The notes under the pieces were generated by a model that had not been told where the DNA came from, searched no databases, and was given only the letters and a program-made list of their open reading frames with translations. A program made the position numbers and the translations under genes. Positions 25,616 through 38,629 of a stretch of 64,000 nucleotides of DNA are shown piece by piece. Source of the stretch: Veleropilina oligotropha (Eukaryota); contig JBEUKZ010000098.1 of the NCBI GenBank assembly GCA_048128005.1, positions 1-64,000 on the forward strand, given 5' to 3'. The stretch's first letter is position 1. Each line of letters begins with the position of its first letter.

Positions 25616-26992
25616 ACAAACGCTTTTCGCGTTAACAGTAGTCGCAAAAAAAAAATAGACAGCCGCCCGGCTATCAGGAACCCCAGCCTTATATAGCAAT
25701 CAGACTGCCATATAAAATCTGTGATCTTGACCTTGCCAGTAGCCCTTGGCTAAACACTGTGCTAACTGTCCATCATGAAGAAGTTCGGATGAAAAAATAA
25801 TTTAAAAGAAAGAAAAAATTGTGAGTATATTTAGACCTCTGTGACCTTGACCTTTGACCAACGGCCATTACCGGCCCGGACAAAATTTAAGGGTCAAAGG
25901 TCATTGCCGCAATGTCAAAGGTCATTCACATGAAATTTCGCCACCATGGCCTAGCGTATGATAGGGTAGTTAGCATACCATATGAAATCAAGGTAACATG
26001 TTTGGTAGCCGAGATATAGACCGGACAACATTGCAAATTGCGAATATATTTTGACCTCTGTTACCTTGACCTTTGACGAAAGGCCATTTTTCGTATTTGT
26101 TATATGATGTACTAACCCTAAAGGAATAGTTTGGCCCGAAAAATAAAAAAATTACGAAAAATTAAAAAAAATCTAAATATAGAACATTTGTGAAGGTCAC
26201 TACGCAGAGGTCAAAGGTCAAATGATCAAAATTTTACTTCCATGCACAGGTTTGAAGAATAGGCAACACATATAAGAAAAAATGAGAAGGCTAACATGTT
26301 TGGTCTCCGAGAACCGGCCCGGACAAAATTTAAGGGTCAACGGTCATTGTCGCAAGGTCAAAGGTCATTCACGTGAAATTTCGCCACCATGCACTAGCGT
26401 ATGACAAGGGTAGTTAGCATACCACATGAAATCAAGGTAACGTGTTTGGTAGCCGAGAAATAGGCCGGACAACATTGAAAATTGTGAGTATATTTTGACC
26501 TCTGTGACCTTGACCTTTGACCAAAGGCCATTTTTCGTATTTGTTATATGATGTACTAACCCTAAAGGAAAAGTTTGGCCCCGAAAAATAAAACAATTAC
26601 GAAAAATTAAAAAAATCTAAATATAGAAAATTTGTGAAGGTCACTACGCAGAGGTCAAAGGTCAAATGATCAAAATGTTACTGCCATGCACAGGTTTTAA
26701 GTATAGGGAGCACATCTAAAGAAAAATTAGAAGGCTAACATGTTTGGTCTCCGAGAACCGGCCCGGACAAAATTTAAGGGTCAAAGGTCATTGCCGCAAG
26801 GTCAAAGGTCATTCACGTGAAATTTCGCCGCCATGCACTAGCGTATGATAAGGGTAGTTAGCATACCATATGAAATCAAGGTAACATGTTTGGTAGCCGA
26901 GATATAGGCCGGACAACATGAGCCGCCCGCCCGCCCGCCCGCCCGCCTCGGGCGATGACAATAACCCCAGCTTTTTTTTAAGCTGGGGTTAA
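25616..26992 (-). mobile_element. HINE/Helentron-like element with ~444-bp internal tandem repeat (~2.5 copies)
   Basis: Terminal hairpin AACCCCAGC-T7AA-GCTGGGGTT, subterminal AACCCCAGC at 25679 and a (CCGC)n microsatellite. Repeat registers at 25871, 26314 and 26758. Confidence 0.75.
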
Positions 26993-27209
26993 CAATGTCA
27001 TAATCGACTTCCTCATTCTTGAAAACCCTAAAATGAAGGTATTCATTATTAATCTAAGAAAGTAATGGCATTCTGTCTTTCGGGTGGTTGCCATATTACG
27101 CATTTAGATACCTTTTAGACATTGAAATGGTGACTTGACATATTGTCATGTGTGGGTCTACAGTTTGCATGTAACCGAACGATCCATTGTTATTGCTCGA
27201 AACATATTC

Positions 27210-29870
27210 GAATAGATAGATATTTATTCCCTGTCATGAAATGTACAAATTTGTTAATAATATAAATGTGGAGATAAATCAGCAATATAATTAATTATAC
27301 ACTTCATAATACAGGAGGACGATGCCAGAGTCAAAAATGACTGTTCCCGAAGGTAGCATCACCCCTAAAAGTAAACCAATAACATATCTTATATATGAAT
27401 GAACAATAATAATGAGCAATTAGATATATATGCCAGATAAACTAATAAATAGTATCACATGCTCATTACTCATTTATCCAGAAAAAAAGTGAATAATAAA
27501 GACAATTTCTTCCAAAAAATATTAGCATATGGTGCAAGGTGAAGGAAAAATGTTATTGTTTTTTGCAATGCTGGTGTTGGTAATTTCGTAATTTAGAATT
27601 GATGAAACATGTACAGAATGACGTCAGTGAATTACTGATTTTAAACTTCTTGATAGATTACCCCATAAAGATGGCATTCTGCAAAGCAGACTCTTATTGT
27701 TGATTGATTTATGATGCCTTTGGATAATGGAATCGATTCTGTTCCTTTTTATAGGTACCGGTAAATCATTTTAAAAGTATTTGTAACGTATTTTACATAA
27801 ACTTAGTTCTATAAGATCATCTAATTTTAGGATTTTTAATCTCTTGAATAAGGGGTTAGTATGTTCATTGTACTTTCCATTTGTAACGTATCGTAAACAC
27901 TTTTTTTGTAGTTTAAAAACTTTTTGTATCCGAGACCGTCGCGCCATTGGGCCCCATAGGGTAACGCTATATGTCAGATGACAATGACTGGAGCTAAAAT
28001 ATAAATTCCTTTTCGTCCAAGTTGGTAACTGACGTTTGCAGTGCTCATCGCAGATTATATATGCTACGCATAAGTTTATTCCATATCATATTGGTGTGTT
28101 CTGTCCAATTTAAGTTTTGATCGATTATTAAGCCTAAAAATTAAGTAGATGCTACCTGAGTTATAGGTTCACCGTCTATTTTTAAGTTGGTTTCTGAATT
28201 ATTTCTGATTTTGTTGTCAGTAAAAAGGATTGAATTTCTTTTACTTATATTTAAAGATAATTTATTGCATTTGAGCCATTTTGCAACGGCCAATTGGTCT
28301 TCATTGGCTTTGTTACAGGTGACAGTTTTTGAAATTCCGGTAATGTACAATGTTGTATCATCTGCAAAGTTAATGATTTTTAGGAACTTTAAGCATTTAT
28401 TTATATCATTCATATAAATTATAAATAGAAGTGGTCCTAAAACTGAACCTTGGGGGACACCGCAGTGTCACAAGAACAATCGCTCGGTAATTTTACCCGA
28501 AACGTCCTATTTGTTAGGTAGCTATGTATCCATTGATTTGGAAGTCCCCTGATCCCATATCTTTCCAATTTGTTAAGCAGTATTTTATGATCAATGGTGT
28601 CAAATGCTTTTGAAAGATCCAGGAAAATTCCTAGAGTTATCTTATTGCATTCAAAACCATTTATTATATCACTAATTAATTCTGTAGCCGCATCATTTGT
28701 ACAATGTTTTTTTTTAAAGCCATATTGACTTTGAAATAATATATTATGTGAAGCTAGAAAATTATCCATGCGTTTGTAAATAATCTTTTCAAGTACTTTT
28801 GATGTAGTAAGTAATAGCGATATAGGTCTATAGTTTGTTATTTGGTGCTTAGCTTTGTCTTTGTGAATCGGAAACACTTCAGCCTGTTTGATTTGCTGTG
28901 GAAATATACCTCTCTATAAATTTGTTAAATATAATTGTCGGAGGTACACTAACAGAGTGAATAATCTTGTTTAAACTATATTACTTATATTATCGTAACC
29001 ACTACTTGATTTGTTTTTTAATTTTAATACAGTGTTCGTTACTTCTTCTACATCAGTAGGAATAAGAAATAAGTTGGCATTTATGTTATCAGCAATATAA
29101 TCTTTATAATCTTTGGTAGTAGGTGGAATTTTATCTGCTAGTTTCCTCCCTACGCTTGAAAAAATATGAACCAAATTTCTTGCACATCTCGTTTCTGTTG
29201 TATATGTTTATACCGTCTTGCGTGGTGTAATCAGGTATGTTTGACTTGTTATTTTGTTTTCCTATAATGTTATTAATTAATTTCCATAATTTCTACTCCT
29301 CCTCTGCTTTTATTTCGCCGATGATTTTCGACAAGGGAGTATACGTCAATACTACAGTATTGAACATTAAAGTCATTTATAAAAGTTTCACATATCATAA
29401 TTATATCCACTTTATATCCATTGGCATTTATTTTAAACAGCAATTGCTTGAGATCATCGATTTTGTTAGGTAAGCTGTGAATGTTTAATAGAAGAATATT
29501 GAAAATCGAGTTGTGATTCATTTTAAGTTTAAATAATTCACTCGGATCATAATATTCGCAAGAGTTATCATAATACTCGCAAGGCGAGTTATTATCCAAA
29601 ATAATGCTTAGATCATTCGTGGGGTTATATTTTAAGTCGTTTATTTTGTTTATGAAATTGTTTCCCAAACACATACTGTTATTTTCATAGTATTCATCAA
29701 CCAATATTGCATATTTGTAATGAAGTGCATAACAGTATCGATAACAAGGAAGAACATATCAGATGCGATATGGTTCAGTAATAGTAGAAACTGTATAGTG
29801 GTGCGAAAATCAAATATTGCAGAAACAATATCCGTTTCCAAACGGACAAATGTGGGAGCGGAAAGGGAAC
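27210..29870 (-). pseudogene. Degraded L2/Crack-like LINE (endonuclease + RT)
   Basis: LNIHSL, DIIMICETF, SSGYDNIS, NYRPISLL, DLSKAFD and FADDT. AATAAA plus (TATC)n tail. Confidence 0.85.
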
Positions 29871-30191
29871 GTTAATGACATATCTTAACAGTAAATTGAG
29901 ATATTATAGTTTGTGGATGCAAGCATATGTTGATTAGGCGGCGTATCACCCTCATTAACATATTGAATAATTCATACGCGTTGACTCGTCGATTACCGAC
30001 GTTGAACTATTTGTTATTGGCGTACTGGCGTGGCGCGTGCTTTCGATGCGTGATGCGTCTGAGGCAATGGCAATTTATGGCTGAAAGTACTGACAGAAAT
30101 TAGTTTTAAAACGTAAAGAAATGCGTTTAAAAACGCAATAAAATAAGTTTAAAGGTAAAGAAAGTCATGTGATAAAGAAGATATGAAACTT

Positions 30192-30305
30192 GTGTCCATT
30201 TCATATGAGAATTATGAAACTCGTAGGCAAATTTATGTACCTCGCCAAGGCTCGGTACATAAATTGTGCCCGACTCGTTTCATAATTCTCATATGGAATG
30301 GACAC
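30192..30305. repeat. Long hairpin with CTCG-mini-stem-CTCG centre (possible Crypton-type element)
   Basis: Arms GTGTCCATT.CATATGAGAATTATGAAAC...; centre CTCG CCAAGG CTCG. Confidence 0.7.
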
Positions 30306-30678
30306 TCGTTCGATATCCTCTATATATTATATACGACTAACGTAATTTGACATCTACGGCACAAGAAATCAATAATGGCTAAAATGATAAAGGCCGGTGA
30401 ACATTGCTAAATAGTCCCGTTTGAACCAGCTACAAGCTATTACACAAATACACACAATCACAAATACATAATTTTTATATTAGCTAAGCACAGTTTTAGT
30501 AAAGGTTATATGAAATGACGGTAAAGCAATGAATTTACAATTGCATTATCGGAAAGGCATTCATGAGTTGGTGCAGATTCGTGACGATTCCAGGATTGCT
30601 ATTGATGGTTGTTTTGTAGAATGCTTTACAGTCCAAAAGTTTGCAATGAGCTTGTTTTTATGAAGATCGGCTAATTTC

Positions 30679-32025
30679 ATGACCACAATATCTACACATA
30701 CCTGTGCATATCCTTGCAACTTGAACCGGATGGTCACGAATTGACCACTGCGCAAACTCCAGTCAGCCATGTATCGAATGTTTTGTGTTCACCACTCGAT
30801 CTCGTTGATCTATTTTTATTGGAGTACCAATATCTCGCACCATCGATATATGCAAAACAACGTAATTATGGGACAACGGCCGATTTTAAACTTCAAATTA
30901 TCCAAGTACAATAACGCGACAAATTGATATAAACCCAATAGTCTCATCTATGCATATCTCTTTTGCTACAAGAATGGCGTGGTTTTGAAAAATTGTGACG
31001 TCGGCGAAAATGCGTAGCTAAGCAACAATGGGTGACGTCGCGGAATAGGTGTAGTTTTTAACAAGTGACGTCAAAGAATGTGCGTAGCAACAATGTGCGA
31101 CGTCGCGGAATGGGTGTCGGCTTACACTAGACGTTATGAATAAAAGACGTGTTTCAAAATTAAGCAAACATTACATCGCAGGGTACGGATTTCATAAAAA
31201 AAATTTATGTATAATCTCTATTCTGCGTTCGTATCTAGGTGCTACCTACAACATATTAACGAACGAAGATCGTCCTGTAGATTAAAGACATGACCACAAT
31301 AAATACACATACCTGTGCATACCTTGCAACTTGAACCGGATGGTCACGAATTGACCACTGCTCAAACTCCAGTCAGCCATGTTTCGAACGTTTTGTGTTC
31401 ATCACTCGATCTTGTTGATCTTGTTTTATTGGAGTACCAAAATCTCGTAACATTGAGATATGCAAAACAACGTAATTACGGGACAACGGCCGATTTTAAA
31501 CTTCAAATTATCCAAGTACAATAACATTAATAACGCGACAAATTGATATAAAGCCATTACTATCGTCTATGCATATATCTTTTGCTCTGTTTTGAAAAAC
31601 TGTGACGTCAGAGAAAATGCGTAGCTAAGCAACAATGGGTGACGTCGCGGAATATGTGTGTCAGCTTACACTATACGCTATATGAATAAAAGACGAGTTT
31701 CAAAAATTAAGAAGACATCGCAGGGTACGGATATCATAATTTTTATTTGTGTAATCTCTATTCTGCGTTCGTATCTAGGTGCTACCTACAACATATTATC
31801 AAATTGTCGCGTTATTAATATTATTGTACTTGGATAATTTGAAGTTTAAAATCGGCCGTTGTCCCGTAATTACGTTGTTTTGCATATCTCGATGGTGCGA
31901 GATTTTGGTACTCCAATAAAACAAGATCGAGTGATGAACACAAAACGTTCGAAACATGGCTGAACTTCGGGCGTGCGCAGTGATAAATTCGTGACCATCC
32001 GGTTCAAGTTGCAAGGTATGTACAG
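30679..32025. repeat. ~600-bp repeat: two direct copies then an inverted partial copy
   Basis: Near-identical segments at 30679 and 31290, reverse complement at 31798-32025, and a further inverted copy at 63590-63970. Confidence 0.85.
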
Positions 32026-32622
32026 GCTGGGACTACTATACTAGAGGGACTGGCAACTTTAAAGATCGCGCTGAAATCACATACTCGGCGTTAAAAGGCG
32101 ATAGTTCGCCTGCAATCTAATAAGCATAGCAACAACCTGCTAATTGAATGAATCCCATATAAAATATTCGCTACTATTTTGCAGACATCTGTATGCACAT
32201 AAATAGATATTATATATATTGTAGATTGTGTGTATGTGCTTATATCTTACCTCCAACAAGGTTCTACGATAGTGATTGGGTTAGACCCATCACGTGTCGA
32301 CCGTGTATAATCCATATGGGGTTACTTCACCTTCGCTCTCGCCCGATATGAATTTTACTCACCCTGTATATACCATATCTTACCTCCAACAAGTTTCCAC
32401 GATAGTGATTGGGTTAGACCGATCACGTGTCGACACTGTATAAATCCATATGGGGTTACTTCACCGCCATACAGGCTCGGTATAGAGTTATCGCCCCTGT
32501 GCCTTATACAAATCAATAAACAATATGGCGGCCAAAAAACGGTTCGTGCAGACGACACCACAGGAATGTGACCGGTTTAGACAGGCTAAAGTGTAAAAAA
32601 AGATTGTCGGTAAGATATATTC

Positions 32623-32761
32623 GTTACATGGTTTGTTAGTGACCTAATATGGTATATACAGGGTGAGTAAAATTCATATCAGGCTCGAGCTTCGCTCTCG
32701 CCTGATATGAATTTTACTCACCCTGTATATACCATATTAGGTCACTAATAAACCATGTAAC
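32623..32761. repeat. Near-perfect palindrome with CTCG-AGCTTCGCT-CTCG centre
   Basis: ~60-bp arms GTTACATGGTTT...CATATCAGG / CCTGATATG...AAACCATGTAAC. Partial arm copy at 32331-32377. Confidence 0.85.
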
Positions 32762-32940
32762 TTATAATATCGTAAAATTATGTCAAACAATCATAGATAA
32801 GTGTTATGATATTGTATGTTCTGTGTTATTTACGAAAATCCAAAATGGCGTCGATGAGAAAGCTTTCGAATCGAAAAATAGTATCAACTTCTTCTCCTGG
32901 TCAGCTGCTACATTTTACTTTTGAATATCTTGCCCATCAT

Positions 32941-33341
32941 TTTTATGTCTTGACCTTTTTGTAAAAAATGACATGACATTATCAAATGGTCCGTGTGTAT
33001 ATATATATATATATACTTATATATATATCCGTCGATTTATTTGAAAACTACCAGCTCAATTTTGTAGGTCGTGTATATAACTTTCGCGACACATTATTGC
33101 AAAAATATGCATTTATTGGGCACTTTTATGCATATATGCTATATAACGTATGTCAAATATCTAGTAAATAGCAATGACGTCATTTCGATGACGCTTTAGA
33201 TTAATCGTCATTGAGTGACGTCACAATCGACGGGGTGGTAAACTACTGTACATACACTTCGCCATTGTAACGTTATAAATGTTCTGAAAATTTGACGGAA
33301 ACAAAGAAATGTCAAGACATTTCGAACGCGTCGTTCTTGTA
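32941..33341 (+). mobile_element. HINE/Helentron-like element, family shared with 61506-61972
   Basis: 5' TTATGTCTTGACC...GACATTATCAAATGGTCCG, (TA)n, and 3' GTCAAGACAT..CGAACGCGTCGTTCTTG. Confidence 0.75.
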
Positions 33342-33864
33342 TTTATATCCAATTGCTTCGACTCTTCTATTGTGAAGTGAAATTTGACGAAGATTTATAT
33401 CGTATAATTGCATTTAAAAAGGACGATTTTTCCTGAATATGTTCAGCGTTAATATTTTCACGATTTTGCAACTTCTTCCCTTCGTCAGCTGTTACATTAT
33501 ACTTTTTGATATTTGCACCATCTTTTTAATTGCATTCGATTGCTTGAAGTCATCTATTGCGTAGTGAAATATGAAGAAGATTTATAGCACATGTTTGCAT
33601 TTTAAAACGACCAATTTTCTTAAATATGTCAAGCGTTGATATTCGTTTTGTGATGGACTCTCTTCTTTATTTGTTGCATTTTATTTTGGAATTTTTTCAC
33701 TTTTTTTCTAAATTAAACTCGATTACATCGACTCGGCTATTGTACAGGGACATAAAACGAAGATTTAATTAAATTATTTACGTCTTAAAATAGTTTATCA
33801 AACGTGTCTAACTGGTACCACGGTCCGTTTCAATAATACTTCATTATAGTGCCAACTTTATAAC

Positions 33865-35712
33865 GGGGTCTTCCCACTTTGCCACCAGCTTTTGATCTTA
33901 CCGATAGGTGTTAATTGAGACAACAATGGCAAAAGTAGGGGGCCGTATCAGCAAATACTTTATTATCCTCTGGATATTTACAAGGCCAAATTGCAATGAA
34001 CATCATAAAGATAGATATATTAATGCAAATAAATATTTACAAAAACACATTTCACAAGATGGCAATTTACAATAAATGCATGGTTGTGCCTTGGCTCTGA
34101 GACGTGAGAAGATCATTTGCAGTGTTGATAGCGGCCGGACAGGTTGAAACACAGCATTTCCAATGTACAGGGTGTTCCATAAGTCCATATACCCTAGAAG
34201 AACGCATTGTGGCGAGTACTTGGATACATGAGCGGCAAAATACACATGATACGATCAACACCATCCGTAATAAAATCCAGGGAAGATTTAATAAACCCCC
34301 ACCCACTAAAATAACTTTGCTGGGATGGGAAAGAAAACTCTTTAATACCGGTGTTATTAAGGACCTCCCTCGTACTGGTAGGAGAACAAAACGTCGTGAA
34401 ACATGTGCAGCAGTCGAAGAATCGATTATTAATTCCCCTCTCAAATCCGTTCGAAAAAGATCCGCCGAACTTAATGTTCAGACAACAACCATGTTTCGAC
34501 ACATGAAAAAAAGACTTAAAAGTCCGCTGTTATCATCCGAGTTTTGTAAATGAGTTGTCTGATCAGGATTTGGATAACCGGAGAGATGCGTGTGAACAGA
34601 TGTTGAATACTTTCGTATCAATTCCGTCTAGGGGGGGGAGTTTTCTTCAGCGACGAGTGCGCGATTTATCGCAGCGCCCGTTCTCGAAAAGTATTTTTTG
34701 GGTCCAAAGAGAATCCTCATTATTTCCAGGAACTTGAACAAAATCCACCTCACGTCATGTTGTGGGCAGCAATGAACAGCCGTCATATTATTGGACCATA
34801 CTTTTTTGATGGTGCAGTCAATCAACAATCATATTTAATAATGTTGCGAGACTGGTTTGTACCCAAACTCGATGAACTGGGCATACGACAGGAATCATGG
34901 CTGCAACAAGATGGTGCCCCTGCACATTACGCGATAACTGTTAGGAACTTTCTCAATGAGACATTCCCGAATAGGTGGATAGATCGTGGATCGCCAACAC
35001 TGCCTGCTCCTTTAAAGTGGCCTGCAAGATGTCCAGATCTAACGTCTTGCGATAATGCACTATGGGGATACATTAAAGAGATTGTGTCCAAAGAGAGATA
35101 TGAAACAATCGATCAGTTGAAAGCTTCTGTTCGTCAAGCATTCACATTGTCGCATAGGTCATGGCGACGGATTATATTATGCAAAGATAACAATGGTATA
35201 CATACAGATCCTTAGATAATTAATAATGACCCATTGAAACAATCATAATAGGTATATGCGGGGGGGGGGGGTATAGGGACTTATGGAACACCCTGTATAC
35301 TAGCAACTCTCGTTCTCTTCACTCTATACTTAAAACCTTCAAATACTAAACTGCGACCGCCTCTGTTATTAGGAATAAACTCGACATTGACCAAAGCATT
35401 TGCCAATTTGCAATAACATTTTGTAAAAAACAGAGTTTATATACCTGTCATGATAACTAATCACTTTCAATTGTTAAATTATCTAAGATTTTTCATGATT
35501 ACATAATCAATCACAATTTGCCATTTACAACAATTTAATTAAAAAGAGTTCACGTACTTAATAATTCTAGCATGCGCACTGCACTGTTAACTATATCAGG
35601 ACCATGTTACTGAGTTCAGTTCACCCACTAACTACATGGGGTATTTTGTATACGGCCCCTGTACTTGTGCAATTAAGTAACATGCAGTCTGGTGGCAAAG
35701 TGGGAATAAACC
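33865..35712 (-). mobile_element. Mutator/MULE-like deletion derivative with a FLYWCH zinc-finger remnant
   Basis: TIR TTCCCACTTTGCCACCAG at both ends and 8-9-bp TSD (C)TTTATAAC. Removing the mariner restores FIPNNRGGRSLVFEGFKYRVKRERELLVHWKCCVSTCPAAINT. Confidence 0.8.
34168..35295 (+). mobile_element. Tc1/mariner element (DD41D/rosa-VS-like) with frameshifted transposase
   Basis: TIR CAGGGTGTTCCATAAGTCC, TA TSD, and motifs TG...D.PR.GR, FSDE, IIGPYFF, QQDGAPAH and WPARCPDLTSCD. Confidence 0.92.
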
Positions 35713-36435
35713 TTTATAACAACATGTAAAGCAAAACATAGAATGAAATGCAATTAGTGGCTACCTTTGTCTCTATTGAATATTGTTTTGATAACCATTA
35801 TAGAAAAGTAGTTGGGGCCATTTATATGGTTCCGATTCAGTAATAAAAATAAATTCATAAGAACTTATTTAATTTAATTTATTATAAATAATTATGCAAT
35901 TTATTTAGTTTAATTGTCGTACAAATTAAAATAATTAAAAAATATATTCGTTATCATATATGTTGTGTTAATCGAATTTCGTGTTTATTAGTTATTTTGT
36001 GAATTCAAACTTATAATTTACCGCATTGATCCCAATTGGGGTTAGAAGCCCATTTCATTTGTCGACCAATCAGAATTCAGTATTTCTTGTCACTTATTCC
36101 TTGAAGAACGATTTATGTCCGTTCTTGCCACCTTCTAACTGACGCGCGCACGGTTCTAAATGGATGACGTCACGCATCTATCAAACAAAGAAACGACACA
36201 TGAAAAGAAATCTACATGAAGGAACATTCAAGAAATGAACAATAGAGTCGTATGGTAAAAATAAAGTTAACTACAACGCTATAACAATATTAAGACGATA
36301 AGAAATAAATAAAAATGCATGTTTGAAATATATTTAGTACTCAAGAAAATCACAAATTGTTCCTCAAAATCAGCCAGATCAAAATCCGTAAGAATACATT
36401 TGGATATACCGGTAGTTCGTCCGACATTATGTAAG

Positions 36436-36540
36436 GGTTAGAAGGCAAACGGCCTTCTCTTACAAACTTAGAAGTCGAGCCCGTAAGGGCGAGACTACTA
36501 AGTTTGTACGAGAACTGAGAAGGCCGGTTGCCTTCTAACC
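36436..36540. repeat. Hairpin with CGAG-CCCGTAAGGG-CGAG centre
   Basis: Arms GGTTAGAAGGCAA.CGGCCTTCTC...TACAAACTTAG. Confidence 0.75.
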
Positions 36541-36779
36541 GACTTAGAAGCACATTTCATTGCATGCACAAATCGATCATTAATTTTTAAATTTCTTATT
36601 TATTGAAACCATAATATTTTTTTTAAACAGATATTAATTTTATTATGTCCATCTTAAATTATGTGAAAACATGTAATGAAGTTTTAACCCGACACCCCTT
36701 ATTTAAATGGTACATTCAAATGCACGCTATTTTAATTGTTCATTACCTGTTTGCACTGGCCTTTGCATTCTAACCTTAT

Positions 36780-36860
36780 TATATTATACGTAATCAGTGG
36801 GTGGGTAGCAAGTCGATGATGGATTTCGCTCATATTTCTGGTTAGCGTCAATGGCCCGTG
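36780..36860. mobile_element. Solo arm of the 9295-9457 palindromic MITE
   Basis: About one mismatch against 9377-9457. Confidence 0.85.
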
Positions 36861-37432
36861 ACATTACCATATATATGCTGCGCAACGTTGCGAGCTTTCA
36901 CAATGCGTTATATTGTAATTATTTTACGATATAGGCCTACATTAAATCGACAAGGGGACATCAGCCTTACTCGAGCAAAAGTACTATAACGTTACATTTT
37001 TGGTCAATTAAAGGTATTGCAAGTGGCCGTCAACTAACTGCAATTTTGAATCAAAATGTAATCAAATGAAATGAATTTTATTACTCGGGTGTTGAAGATA
37101 TAAGTATGTCATAAAAATCTCGTATCTTATAGGTGTTGGATAAACGATTGACCTCTGTCTCTCAATTTTGACTGGACAATAGCAGTCTGCTGATGCCAAG
37201 CCACGGATCTACTTTTTTCATTGATAAATGTTACAACTTTTACAATCAAATAATGTCTCACGACTGCCGTCTATAAACGAGATTTTATATATCTACGAAA
37301 GCATCATTAAAATAACTATCAATATTTGTAACATATGAATATTCATAAAGTAATTGTAGGTACAATAAAATAGTATTTACAAATAATAGAGTTTATCTAT
37401 AATATAACTAAAACACTCACCTGCGCTGATAC

Positions 37433-37546
37433 CCGGAATTAGTCCGATAAATCTTACCCTAATTACAACCTTTCAATTCTGACAAACAGGCGACCGTCAT
37501 AATTTAGAGCTTGTAATTAGTGTCAGATTTATCGGACTAATCCGGA
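37433..37546. repeat. Imperfect long hairpin
   Basis: CCGGAATTAGTCCGATAAATCT ... AGATTTATCGGACTAATCCGG. Confidence 0.75.
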
Positions 37547-38629
37547 ATGTCCGTCCTCACGTTTGCTCAAAACCACCATGGTTCAAACGCCAACCAGTTG
37601 GTCAAAACAAACTTAATTGCTGGCAAAATAAAATGAATAGCGTTTGCAGTGGGCATCACTGGTAACCGTGTCACAAAGCGCTCTGGCAGAAAACGATGAG
37701 ACTTCGCGAAAATAAGATACCGTACATAAAAATTATTCTGATTTCCGGACATGAAACCACACAGTACATCATTAACTGCAGTATCGTCAACTTTGCAATA
37801 TCATCAATTCGATATAGCCTTGATATTTCAGCAGCTCGAACCTCGATAAATGGAAAGACATCTCCACATTTAATGTACACAGTGTGTAGTCGATGGAATG
37901 TCTTCAATTCCATGTTACGCCACCAAATGTTGCCGTGTTTTTGGCCTGCCATACGTAACAATGAAAACGACATATGCATATTTGGCGCTATCAATCGAGT
38001 AGGCCTACGTATTGTTTGTTTTGAAACCTCTCTATATAAATATAAATGATAGTGGTCATTAAAAAAACATCTTTTATTCGCTACAAGAATCGCTCGTTCA
38101 GATACCGTCAGACGTATACTCGTCACGTAAAAATGGTATATATCGACATTTAGTGCGTGTAGCATTCTATATATATCTACGATATTAACTGACAAAAAAT
38201 ATAATTACGTCATGCCTTAAAGATTTTGCACTTTCTGGGGATTGAACATGTATGCATGTGACATAAAATATGAGTATAAAGATGGTCGCACTCATTTGTC
38301 CTATATATATGTAAAAGATGAAAGTGCGCTTTGGTTACAAAAAGTCCGCCTGTAGGTGAAAATAGCGATAACCACTTGTGTAAAATTCGTTCACTGTTCA
38401 GTATTTGGATGATTACGAATCTGTTATGTATAGTTTGTCAACTGTTAAGCCGTTAAAATTCATTATATATCACATTTGGATTTACCTTTAAACATCACCC
38501 AATCTTTGTCGGATGCATCTTAGTACGACTATCACGATCACGCTTATAATCGCTATAAAATTTTCATTACACTGGGAGCCCAATTTCCACCACTGCTCAC
38601 GTTGCGGCCATCTTGTACATGGATGGGGA

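Larger units (their letters stand above)
22186..27140 (-). mobile_element. Degraded Academ-like DNA transposon with repeat-rich subterminal regions
   Basis: TAG terminus at 22186. Subrepeats at 22800-23820 recur inverted at 26995-27140. Minus-strand remnants LPTNMRSGVFTT..VDN, FKFW, LPDKH..VYKEFKKGNF..Q...KFSLIAK and EQNNK...GGG match my recollection of Academ transposases. Confidence 0.65.

Noticed and set aside
30714..32014. Repeated MQLEPDGHEL ORFs
   Set aside because: Translations of the 600-bp repeat starting at non-ATG codons.
37567..38195. Overlapping 174-aa and 117-aa ORFs
   Set aside because: No domain recognised on either strand; likely chance or unrecognisably decayed TE.
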